The notes beneath the pieces are model-generated. The model saw nothing but the letters and a program-made list of their open reading frames with translations. It made no database searches and was not told the DNA's origin. This document shows positions 50,905 to 62,224 of a DNA stretch of 64,000 nt, one piece after another (the first letter of the stretch is position 1; each line of letters opens with the position of its first letter). The stretch spans positions 1 to 64,000 of the forward strand of contig JAMDHS010000030.1 of the NCBI GenBank assembly GCA_029717555.1, written 5' to 3'. The translations under genes were made by a program, and so were the position numbers. The stretch comes from Peribolospora baueri. Lineage: Eukaryota.

Positions 50905-52584
50905 ATGACGGTCACACCTTTTCGACAGGCTCTCCTGGCCAGCTGGGTCACTGTGGTCGCTCTGCAGTCCGTAGCTGGAGTGCAAGCGATACCTTCGAAC
51001 GGGTGCGCGCCGCTCCACACACTCGCCGTCCAGACACGTACGTTCGCGTCGGCATCGCCAGACGACGTGACCTAACCCCGCTCTCTTCGTTTCCGCGCGT
51101 GCTGGATTCCAGCGATGTCAAGCTCACCCCTACTCATCAAGACTCTTCCCTCTTCACCTCCTCACCAACCTCGACGGTCACCACCCCATCGGCTTCTCCG
51201 ACTCCATCCGACAACCTCTCGCCCTTTACCTATGAGCAAAATGGGCTCGGCGTTAAGCAACTTCCGGACGGCACCACCGTCGTCTCCCACCCAGACTCGG
51301 ACGGCTACGTGCCCAGATGGCTGACCTTGCCGCCCACGCCGGACTTGCCGCAGGGAGGAGAAACCGGGACGGCAAAGATCAATGGCATCGATCTTTGGTA
51401 CGCGAGGTGGACGGCTGTGAAAAGCGAGCCGATGTCGAGGTCCGACGATGAGAAGAGCGGGGGGAAGCGGAGGGAGGACGTGCCGGTCCTCTTCCTTCAC
51501 GGAGGGTGAGATTGTTTCCCCCAGAGCTTTCTGTTTTGCTCGCATGCCCGAGGGATTAACCGCCTCGGCACGCATTGGATCTTTGTCTTGTCTTGTGCAA
51601 GGCTCGCCGACTCGAGCTGGTGGGGCCACCAAATCGAGGCTGTCCGGCAGGAAAGGGACGTCATTTCCGCCGATTCGCGTGCCCAGGGACGCTCGTCTTC
51701 GAATGGCACGCTCTCTTATGACCTCATGACGGACGACTGTGAGTGCTAAAACGAGTCTTCGACAACGATTCGGACCGCGCGTGCCTTGTCTTTAAGCACA
51801 TCGTGCACTTTTGTCGATCTCACGAGCAGTCGTAGCTCTGTTGGACCACCTCCAGATCCCCAAGGTCGCCATCATAGGCTGGTCCGATGGCGCCATCAAC
51901 TGCCTCGACATGCTCCTTCGCCATCCCCGCTACCTCGACCGATGCTTCGCCTTCGCTGCTAACTACGACCCGACCGGAGTGTACGACGTCTCCCAATCGC
52001 CCATCTTTACAGCCTACGAGAAGCGCCAGCAACAGCGTTTCGTTCAGATCTCGCCCTCCGCCAAAACCGCTGAAGCGAAGGGCGAGAACCCGGAGGTGGC
52101 GTATAATCAGACGGACGAGCTGGTGACGAACATGTGGAACACGCTGCCTCGGTGGAATAGGAGCTCGTTCGAGGGGGTGGGAAAACAGATGGGGCGGAGG
52201 ATTTGGATCGTCGATGGGGACCATGATGAGGCGGTCCGGGTGCGTCGGTTGGACGAATGCGGACAGCGGAAATGATCACCAAGTTCTCGATGACTGACAG
52301 TCAACGCGTCCTTTTCGCTGTCCAGAGGAATCAAATCGACGACCTGGCCAACTGGCTCCCCGAAGCCGGTCAACTCATCCTTCCCCAGGTGCGCGGTTTG
52401 GGCCCCCTAGCTTTCATCGTCTCGATAATAGCTGCCGTCTTGGCTGACGCTCCCCTCTTCTGCGCGTACACCTTTCACTCTCTTCTCTGTACTGCAGGTC
52501 TCACACTTTGCCTTTATTCAGGACCCAAAAACGTTTACCTTTGCGGTTCAATCGTTCCTCTCTCTCGACTTCCCTTCGGATTAG
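50905..52584 (+). CDS. Secreted alpha/beta-fold hydrolase with an S/T-rich linker
   Basis: MTVTPFRQALLASWVTVVALQSVAGVQA signal-like start, VLFLHGG, DSRAQGRS, GWSDG nucleophile elbow, DGDHDE, VSHFAFIQDP. Confidence 0.85.
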
Positions 52585-53137
52585 TCCGCCGGTCGACTGA
52601 GCACCCGGAGCGTACTGTATGCTGCCAATGCATGCCTTTTCCGCCGTCATTCCCGAAGGGTCCCTTTGTCAATGACCATAAGGATTCCTTCTGGCCAGCT
52701 TTGATGTGCATCAGAAACGAGATTGCTGCCCAGGGAAGCGTCACTGTGTACCTAACGAAGGACGAACGTTCGAGTGCGACGACCAACCCACTTTTCTCCG
52801 TCGCGCTTTCCGCCCTTTCATCGCTGCTTGGGCACGAGAGCGTTATATCGATGGTGCATTTTACACGGACGGGCGGAATGGCATTGCAAGCCGTTCGGTC
52901 GTCCCTGGAAGGAACGATCGGATCGCATCAATATCGCTCCTTTTGAATCCGCTCACCGCAATGTCGGTTCCAAAGGTGTAATGGGGTTGAAACCTGAATA
53001 CAAATATGTAGACGGGTTGGGCTTCCGGGATGAGAGAACTCAAAGCGAGAGCGATATACTCTAGGTGACGACGGGCTTGATAAGAGGTCGCCGGCGCGTA
53101 TTGCTGCGCCAATCTCGAGTGATCGGCCGGCACTACC

Positions 53138-53361
53138 GAGCCACCCATGCCCCACACGGCGACCGAAACGGCCGCCATCGTCCTTGCCAAAACGCAGACC
53201 TTTTACCCATCCGGCGTGCGCCTCTTTTCCTCAGGTCAGGCTCAGGTTAAGGGATTAGCCATCCGGCGTTAAAAGAGGCGCACGCCGGATGGGTAAAAGG
53301 TCTGCGTTTTGGCAAGGACGATGGCGGCCGTTTCGGTCGCCGTGTGGGGCATGGGTGGCTC
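53138..53361. repeat. Perfect 91-bp inverted repeat with a 42-bp spacer
   Basis: 53138-53228 is the reverse complement of 53271-53361. Confidence 0.95.
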
Positions 53362-53857
53362 CGTCATAAAAGCACTTAGGATACTGTCAGTACTGCTTCT
53401 AAGACTGCAAGCTCAGAAAAATGCATCTCTGTACATATTTGTTAACCGTGTCTTGACTCCTGTTAAACCGACTGGCCACCTCGGCGTTAGAGCAGCCTGT
53501 CTTGACTGTGTACAGGAATACAGCCAATCGCTCATTGGCAGACACATATCGAGATGAGGCTGAGGTCGACTTTGTCTGCAGCTCATGAAGCAATGCTTCG
53601 AAGACATTCGCAGACATCCCAAAGCTGTCCAGGCTATTCTTCGAATCCTCCCTTTCAATCTGCTCTCGCACCCAATCTAACCCTGCCTGTGCGGAGGCAT
53701 ATAAGGGTGTTTTGGCTAAGTAGCGTCGTGTGTAGAACTCTGCAGCGCAAATAACACTCGCTCCAATAAGCAGAATAGCCGCCCGACGACGGCGTCTTCG
53801 GTACTGCTCCAAGTGCTCTTCCTTGCTCTGCCGCGCGATAGTTGTTAAGGGAACCAT
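53251..53857 (-). mobile_element. Truncated PIF/Harbinger-type element (transposase N-terminal HTH region plus a putative terminus)
   Basis: ORF 53399-53857 (FGMSANVFEALLHEL..YVSANERLAVFLY..GCSNAEVASRFNRSQDTVNKYV) resembles the Harbinger transposase N-terminus and stops before the DDE domain. TAA|GGGATTAGCC at 53248-53260 fits a GGG-starting TIR with a TAA target. Confidence 0.75.
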
Positions 53858-54114
53858 TGTTGTTAGAGGCTGGACAGGAACCGGCGAGATGCAGATGGGT
53901 GGATTGGATGTGTGAGGCGACGGTCGGGGCGAAGGCGAGATGTATGTGATGAACGACTACGCATATAGGCGGACCTAGCAAGGAAAGAATTTTCATCATT
54001 ATTAGAAAAGGTTTAACGCAGCCGTTCAAGCGTGAACACGAGATAATCGCTCGTCGGACCCTCGAACGTTGGCCCGTGCACCACTGACGACTGCGGCTTC
54101 CATCCGGTCTCCCG

Positions 54115-54135
54115 TAAACCTAGGGTTAGGGTTAG
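54115..54135 (+). promoter_or_regulatory. Telomere-repeat (TTAGGG)/Tbf1-type motif upstream of RPS25
   Basis: TAAACCTAGGGTTAGGGTTAG about 120 bp upstream of the RPS25 ATG. Confidence 0.6.
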
Positions 54136-54252
54136 ATAACTACGAAGTTTTCCCTCGCGCAGGGCCGGACTTCGGCGGGCGCCCGCTGACCAGGTCATCG
54201 TCCGCGACCACTCCACCTTCGTTCCCTCAAGACAACCGAAGGATCAGACGAC

Positions 54253-55118
54253 ATGGTGAGTTGGCCTCCAGTGGCCGATGCCGGGGACAGATCGACATGG
54301 TGGAGAATGGTCGCATGGATGTCCGCATCCTGCCACGCATGATACCCTTTGTCTGAAGATGGAACGATGCCGCCATCTGGGTGCAAAGCCGCACGAGGAC
54401 GGAGCCAGGAGTCGGGAATCAGCATCGACGAATTGCAAGTAAAGCGAGCAGAACACTCATCGTCCTCCTTTTGCATGCTCTATTTTCTCTTTCTCTTTCC
54501 TCCAAACAGCCACCCAAGAAGGCTGCTATCGCCGCTGCGGCGTCCAAGGGTGTGTGTTTTCTCTTTGCGTTCGTCCAATTTGGTGACGGAGGGTCGACTT
54601 TTCGACGTAGGATAAGGGTATGAATAATGAGTGGGCACGAAGCGTGGGGGGTCGGACGAGGAGGACGAGATTGGCGACCTTTCTCGGCGCGCTTTGTTTT
54701 TGACGTAAGGAGTGCTCGTTCTAACGTCTATATTCATTGTACACGTCAACGTCTTCACCAGGCGGAAAGAAGAAGAAGTGGTCGAAGGGCAAGGTTAAGG
54801 ACAAGGCCCAGGCTGCGGTCGTCCTCGATGTCCCTACCTACGAGCGCATCCTCAAGGAGGTGCCGACGTTCAAGATGATCAGCCAGTCGACGCTCATCGA
54901 CCGCCTCAAGATCAACGGCTCGCTCGCCCGCCAGGCCATTCGCCACCTCGCCAACGAGGGCGCGATCAAGAAGATCATCCACCACAACGGCCAGCTTGTG
55001 TACAGTGAGTCATCGCATCGTGCGTTCGTCTGGGCCGGAAAGAAGATTTAAGCGTTGTTCATCGGTCGGCCCCCTTCCCTCGTCCTCTCCAGCCCGCGCT
55101 ACCACCGGTACGGACTGA
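54253..55118 (+). CDS. RPS25: 40S ribosomal protein S25
   Basis: ATG|GTGAGT start exon, PPKKAAIAAAASKGGKKKKWSKGKVKDKAQ..DRLKINGSLAR..QLVYTRATTGTD*. Three introns. Confidence 0.96.
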
Positions 55119-55558
55119 ACGGAGATGCTCCCCGTTTCTTCCTCACGTCTCGGGTCCCGTTCCCATGCCCTATCTCCTTCCCACACCCCATGTAAAATCA
55201 TATGGCCATGCACCATAGCGGGAATCACTGCATCTCTGGCTCCGGACATTGTGTATATCGACGCTGTGTGGCCGTCTAGCCGAAGGTGCTTAGCAACATC
55301 ACTGAGAACGTCGGACAAGGGAGGACGAGGTTGATATGGTCTTCTGTCTGATCGTAATGGCTGAATGAGGCGAATTTGCCGTCCACTATCTATTCTCACT
55401 GTCGAGAAGGACCTGCTAGACCGACTCGCTGCACACTGCACTCAAACGAGGTGGTCCGTAGGTGTGCGGGGTTAGGGTGCGCGTGGAGAGGTACATGTCT
55501 ATCCATGCATTCGATTCGTGGCACCGGGTGATCCTCGTAAAAACAGGACAGAGGTCGC

Positions 55559-56365
55559 TTATTTCCCTTTCATCATCTCCGCGTTCTGTTCCATTCATGT
55601 CGAGAACGGGATGGAAGGGAAGATGGGATAAGCGAGAGGACGTGCGTTGCGAGTGACGGATCTGTCTTTGCTCCGCGTGTGGACGAGAATGACGGGCAGG
55701 ACGCTGGCGGGGATCGCTCACCTGCTCTGCAAATCGCGCGCCCACTCGCTCCGAGTGCTGTATGACCAGAGGAGGGACGGAAAAGGCGAAACTCAAAGCT
55801 TGGTCAGACAGGACGAAAGACGAAAGACGAAAGACGGGCGGATCGATGCTGTCCGCGCAACGACGGCGTCCAGCGAGCGAGACGCGCCACGCAACGCACC
55901 TTGAGGAATTTGTCAGTGCAGTTGTTCACGCATTCGTTCTGTGGGGGACGACCAGTGTGGGAGCGTGCATCAGCGCGGGCCGCTCGCTCATGACTTCTAT
56001 GACGACGGGGGCGCACCTCTTTGGAAGAGAGAGAGCGGGACGTGAAGTCGTTGACGCAGGACGTGAAGCAGCGCTCGACGAGGCCGGTGTAGAGATGCAT
56101 GAAATCCTTCATCTGGGTAAGTCAAGGGGGAGAGGGCGAGTGAAGCGACCAAGTGGGGTAAGTCGACGAAGATGGGCATTGGCGAGTCAACCGTCGAAGA
56201 CGGGACGGACCTGCTTCTGCTCGATGATCTGCGTCATCGCCGCCTGCTCGGAGGCGCTGAGGTTGGACATATCCTGCGTCGGAAAAGGATTCGGAGACGA
56301 CAGTGGGGGTCGGTTTGATCAGCTTCAAACTCGCCCTGACATGCTCACTTGCCGTGGCTCACCAT
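55559..56365 (-). CDS. TIM9: Mitochondrial intermembrane-space small Tim chaperone
   Basis: Spliced: [87 protein letters not shown] (twin CX3C). Confidence 0.95.
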
Positions 56366-56657
56366 GTTGGCCGAGCGAAGTGGACAGGGCGGAGGAAGTG
56401 GTGTCGCGGACGAACGAGCGAAGCAATCGAGAGGTGAACGTAGACGAAATTCCACAGCCAGCTTCTGATCAGGGTCACGTGCACAAACAAATCTAGACGA
56501 TGTGAACCAGTCGAAGAAGTAGAGTCGGTCCTCACCTTTCATCGGCTCGCCTCCATCCCCCTCCCGTATCCCTCCAATCCGGCAAAGAGCGTTCATTCAG
56601 TTTGGCACTACGAGACAAGAGAGTACCTGAGGAAAGCACCGCACCTTCACCATCAGC

Positions 56658-58193
56658 ATGGCCGTCCGTGAGTAAACGGGGCAAAAGTGAGGAGAACTAA
56701 GACCGATTCGATTCCATTTCGTCCGGTTCATCATCGACCAAGCGTACTCACACGAAGGAAACCTTTCCCCTCCTCAGGCACGCAATTCGAAAACAGCTCC
56801 GAGATTGGCGTATTCTCCAAGCTCACCAACAGGTGAGAATTGCCGCTGCGAGAATAGTCAAGCACGTACTAAATCTCATTCCATCCTGCTCCTTCTTCCT
56901 CTTCTCCTCCGCTTCTCATTTCGTCCTCGCTACCAATCATAAAAGCTACTGCTTGGTCGCTATCGGAGGCTCTACAAACTTTTACAGCACGTTTGAGGCG
57001 GAGCTTGGCGATGTCATTCCCAGTGAGCTAGCCGACACTTCTTCCGCTTGCAGGTCGCCGCCTCAAATCCCGGCAGCGAGTTTTTGTTGCTCATCAGCAT
57101 TTCTTCTTCGTTCCTCTTCAGTTGTCCACACCACTGTTGGAGGAACCCGAATTGTTGGCCGCCTGACAGCAGGCAACCGACACGGCCTTCTCGTGCCCTC
57201 TTCGACAACCGACCAGGAACTCCAACACCTCCGCAACTCTTTACCGGAATCGGTCGCCATTCGACGCGTCGAGGAAAGGCTCTCTGCGCTTGGAAACGTC
57301 ATTGTTGCCAATGACTATGTCGCTCTTGGTGAGTTGGCTCGGCGTGACTCGGCCGTTTACTCAATGTCGTTTTAGACAGTCGTGCCGGCTAGCATGTGAC
57401 ACTGTCCGAGCTTCCGCCTCACGTTTGCCTCTCGTCTGACACGCCCCGCCTCTACAATTTCTCGCCGATTCCCTCGATCCGTACGCAAGTCCACCCCGAC
57501 GTGGACCGAGAAACGGAAGAGGTCATCGCCGACGTCCTCAAGGTCGAAGTCTTTCGACAAACGATCGCAGACCAAGTCCTCGTCGGCAGCTATTGCACCC
57601 TGAGCAACCAAGGAGGGCTTGTGCACCCCAAGACGAGCATACAGGATCAAGACGAGCTTAGCTCCTTGTTGCAGGTGCCTTTGGTGGTGCGTGTCCCTCA
57701 CCCACCAAGTCATGTCTATAAATCGACGGACATACGATGGCGACTCAACCGAACCGAACCGACCTGCTTTATTTTCCTCGCTACGTCCCGCCCACGGACT
57801 ATAGGCCGGTTCCGTAAACCGAGGAAGCGATCTCGTCGCCGGCGGCATGGTCGTCAACGACTGGAGCGCCTTCACCGGCGTAGATACCACCGCGACGGAG
57901 CTCAGCGTCATCGAAGCCACGTTCAGTGAGTTATCACTCGGCATTCTCGAACTTCGAACCACTGCTCACCATGACCTACTCTGTACTTCCTAAACAGAAC
58001 TGCAAGGGCAAGAGTCTACCGCAATCGTCACGGACATGCGCGATGGTGAGCGCCGCCCTCCCATCCGTTCCTTATTCGTCTAGTTTCCTTACGCGGCAGT
58101 GCTCTTCCGCCTGCTGACCAACGACATTGTCTGGTTTGCCCCTTCGCACGACCGCCATTATACCATTCAGCCCTCGTCGACGCATACGCATGA
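56658..58193 (+). CDS. TIF6: Eukaryotic translation initiation factor 6
   Basis: [71 protein letters not shown]. Seven introns. Confidence 0.97.
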
Positions 58194-58752
58194 CTACTCG
58201 TTCACGTCGTCCTTCTTTCCTGGCAGACCGACCTGTGTTCTTTCTCCCCATCTCTCTTCCGCAATCCATGGTTCGTGAAGGCCGCTTGGTGCTTCGCTCG
58301 AAACCTTTCGCTCAACGCGCACCTCGGGGAAGTGGAGCCTCTCTTCTTCAAAATGCCCCTCTGTGTCTGTCTTAGCCATTTCCTTAGACCTTATCCGGCC
58401 CTGGGTGGTGTCACCCTCCACGCACGTGTTATGACCTCCTGCTTCCTCTTTGTGACGCACACAACTCATCCACAAGCGAATATACCACCGCGCACCTCAC
58501 TCGCTCGCCAATGTACCCCTCTCCTTTTCCTTACCCCTCTCCTTTTCCCCAATGGCTCCTTTCGCAGCCGAGGCTCGTAGAATCACTTTTTGCGGTGGAA
58601 AGGTCCAAGGGCCACCGGAGGGTAGTCAGATTCTACCCGCATCTTTCTACGTACATGGACACATAGCGTTCCAGAGAGGACGGTTCTCAAGACAGCAAGT
58701 TCGAACCCGCCACGCAAACAGACCCCGGCTAGACCAAGGAAGGCGGGTCGGC

Positions 58753-61198
58753 TCAAGCGGCCGATAACTCTCTCCGGATCCTCTCTCTAACCTCCTTCAA
58801 TCCCATCCGACCTCCTTCCTTTTCCCCAAACCCGCTCCCGCTCGCCCCTACAGCCGCGACGCCTTCCATCATAACCCATTCCCCGCCCTTCTCAATCCTT
58901 TTCACCCTTGCAAAACCGGGACACAACCGATCGAGCAACCGCAATGCGTCCTCCGCCTCTGCAAGGGAGAGGGTGATCTTGGACGACTTTACGATGGATG
59001 CCAGCACCTCTGATAAGGGTAGGGCACACCGTCGCGGAGCTTTTCGCGGGGACGAGTTGGTGGCGGTGGTGGAAGAGCTGGAGGGTGGGACGGCCGTGAA
59101 GAGCCTGCCCATGAAGGGGAAGATGAGTGAGACACGTACATAAAGTAGGAAATGGGTCAGCACACAAATAAACATATGCAAAGAAGAAGACACAAAATCG
59201 AACGGCGCTATTATCGAGACGGGCACGCGATGCACGTACATGTATACAGCATCAGCGACGTCCGACAATCGACTTAGCATACTCCTCCGCCGGATGGCGT
59301 CCATGCCGTTGGCAGATGCGTCGCCAAGGGACGAGGAAGTGGAGGAAAGGAGGGGAGAAGGACGTTGTAGCCCCGCACGTCGTGCCTGCTCTTTCGCTTT
59401 GATCTGTTTTTTTCCCAGAATAAGACATGAGTGGTTCGATAAAAAGGAGGCAGAAAACAAGAAGGAGGTATCCGAACGCTCGGCTCACCCGCTCCATCAA
59501 GCTCATTTTCCTGCCCTCTGTCGTCGTCTCGTTCGTCGTCTCAATGAATGCCGGGGATCCTAGCCCTCCGCCCATCATCGCCGCCGTTGCCTCCTCTCTA
59601 TCCTCCGCAATAGCTCCTAATTGGGCGATCTTCCTCTTTCTGGGACTCAAACCCAGAGCGCTCACAGGACGGTTCTTGGCGAGGAGCACGCTTGCGTCGA
59701 TGCACGGTAATCTTGCCTGTGGCAGGGGCGGGAGGGAGGAGAGGTCGAAAGAGGGGTGCCAAGATGCAGGCAAGCCTTTACTCTCTAACGGATCCAAGTC
59801 CGACCTGTGTTGGTCGAGAGAAAACGCCGAAAGGATAAAGTCGGGCAAGCCACCCTTCTTCTCCGCCCTGTGCTTCGTGGCCGGCGGTGTAGGAGGTATG
59901 TCCGGCCGGTCGTTGAACGCCGCCAAGTCGGTGTTTCTCAGCGTACGTACGGCGCCTCTCTCGGATGGCGTCGACGGAGGGCTGGTAGTCGGCGACGCAA
60001 CATCCTCGTCCGAGACTGGGCGCGATGCGACCCGTCCTCCTGTGCGATTTGTGGAGGGCGGCGTTGGGAGATCACCGAGGACGAGGCCCGATCGTCGACG
60101 ATTCGACGAAGGTGTCGACGGAACAGTCTCCACCGCACTGGACTTCGCGGAAGCAGGCGCTCCCAACCTCTTGACGAAAGCCTGGTGCTCCCTCGCCACC
60201 CTATCCAAGATTCGTCTCGACACTTCGGCCTTGCGCGCTTCGCTTCCATTGCTCCAGAGCGCAACAATGCTCATCCCTTCCCGGGCGTGCTGCTTCCTAA
60301 TCTGGGCTCTACTAGGGCTTGACGGTGGCGTCTTGGATGCACCCCCAGGGGAGCCGATAGTGCGGGGTCCAGCGACAAGGTAGTTCATCTCCAAGTTGGC
60401 CTGCGCCTCCGCAGCAGGAGCAGGCCGGCAGAGTTCAAACTCGATCCCTAGGCCCCACGTCCACGCCTTTCTGCCGCCGCCGGAGGCTGTGGCAGTCATA
60501 TCAAGACAGCGAGTACGAGTGACGAGAAAGCCGAGGCCTTTGATCTCCTCCGGCGTCCTCTCTGCTCCGTCGCCGTTGGCCTCGGCATCTCCGCCCAGCG
60601 AAGAAGGCCGATCCGACGAAGAAGCGATTCCTCCATCTCCCCCGGCCCAAATCCATACCAGCCGTGCAAATTCTTGCGGACCAAAGCGCTTCCCGCTACT
60701 GAGTTCCACTGAGGGACGAAGGGCTTTGTAGGAGATGATGTTCTCCAAGCGGACCGTGTTTCGGGAAGATCCGTCGTCGAACCCATCTCCGGAGGAGGCG
60801 GTAGAGACGGCAGATGCAGTCGAGAGGCCGGCAGTGGAAAGGTGAAGAAGTAGGGCGTGTTCGAGAGCAGAGTGCAAAGCAAGCAGGTTGGCGTAGTGGG
60901 GTGGCAGAGCGAGACCCGAATCAAGGTGTCCGGCCAGAAGCGCCCTGTCGGCCCCCGGATTTGGACTGACGTCCTTCGCCGCCCCGGACGAGGGACCCGC
61001 TCGCTCTCGTAAACGATTAACAGGGATGGAGGAAGGGCCGAAAAGAGTACCTGATCCGCCGCGAGACGATTGGGGAGAGAAGGGAGACTTGGGGTCGTCC
61101 GATGGCACCCTCGGGCCCTTCGTCGCTCGCCCGACTTTCGTGGGAGTTCGGGGAGCCACTGATCTAGGAGCGGCGGGAGGGGGGGAGGTAAGAGACAT
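58753..61198 (-). CDS. Cdt1-like DNA replication licensing factor
   Basis: LLALHSALEHAL, VELSSGKRFGPQEFARL, SLMERIKAKE, RLSDVADAVYM, and a C-terminal winged-helix-like SLAEAEDALRLLDRLCPGF..EWV. Confidence 0.7.
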
Positions 61199-61837
61199 CG
61201 AAGAGGTGGTCGGTCGGCCAGCCGCTCTGCGCTCCTCTTCCTCGTCTGAATCAATGTATAAAGTAAACGTCTAGAGAGAGACACGAGTAGCGCTAGAGAT
61301 GTATCCCAGAGAAGTCACTTAAGCGCCCCGCGGCCGGGGGGGGATCACGTGACTCTTGAGTAACATCCACGCAGATCATGGGTCAACATTTTTCGGAAGC
61401 GAGGTTGAAAGAAACAAAAGTACCCAAGAAGCCGTTACAAGTACACGGGAAAATGAGACGAGAACAAGAACAAAAGAGCCAATGCCCAATAAAGGGACGA
61501 GCAGAGCGTTGTTTCCGCTCGACGTGTTTGCGTGACAGGAGAGGGATGACGGACCTCGGAATTTTTGTACCGGTCTGCCTCCACTCGCCGTCCAGCGGCT
61601 AAATGCGGGCCATGTGGTAATGCTCATGTAGATAGTAGAGAGGAGTAATATCTGCGGTGTGGAGGGAGAAAGAAACAGATAAACAAAGAGAAGGATGAAC
61701 GTGTATGTCAGAAATAAAGAAAGGGAGGGACTGTGTGTGGTGGCTGACGACGAGTATCATGGCAAACGACGCCGCTCACCTTGTGTGTGCCCTCATAGTA
61801 GGACGGCTATCCGTTCGAGTCCAATCCGGTCCGCAAA

Positions 61838-62224
61838 TCAAAGGCCTCGTCCCCAGCTCCACAACCTCATCCCCGGGCTTGACGATGCACCCTCGGCCTT
61901 CATCCCCGGTTCCGCCTTGGACGGCGGACTGGACGCGACGGGCGCCTTGGACGTCGCCGCGCCAGGTATGACCATGAACTCCCTCGACGGCGAGAATTCG
62001 GCCCTGGCCAGACTCCGGACCCTCAACTCCATCTCACACACCCTCCTCTCCAGATCGCGCATCTCCCTCCTCAGCCACTCGTCCTCGGCGGTCAGCCGCC
62101 TCTGCGCCTCGACCAGCGCGTCCAGTCGTTGTCGCTCGTCATCCGTCAGGGTGGACAGGGTTCGGGCAGAGAGGAAAGAGGTCGGCGAGGCGGGTTGGCG
62201 AATGTAATAGACCGAGGTGGCCAT
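61838..62224 (-). CDS. Hypothetical small coiled-coil protein (128 aa)
   Basis: Coding-like ORF with a heptad-rich segment LDALVEAQRRLTAEDEWLRREMRDLERRVCEMELRVRSL. Confidence 0.55.
   Translation of the reverse strand: MATSVYYIRQPASPTSFLSARTLSTLTDDERQRLDALVEAQRRLTAEDEWLRREMRDLERRVCEMELRVRSLARAEFSPSREFMVIPGAATSKAPVASSPPSKAEPGMKAEGASSSPGMRLWSWGRGL

Noticed and set aside
52600..53137. Harbinger Myb/SANT partner gene
   Set aside because: Only a vague SGFKRSD resemblance; the conserved tryptophans could not be found in frame.
54115..54135. Chromosome end or telomere-associated retroelement
   Set aside because: Only about 2.5 repeats in a gene-dense region, and no nearby RT ORF.
54256..54509. Intronic snoRNA in RPS25 intron 1
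   Set aside because: No convincing RTGATGA C box paired with CTGA and a terminal stem; an H/ACA RNA cannot be excluded without Infernal.
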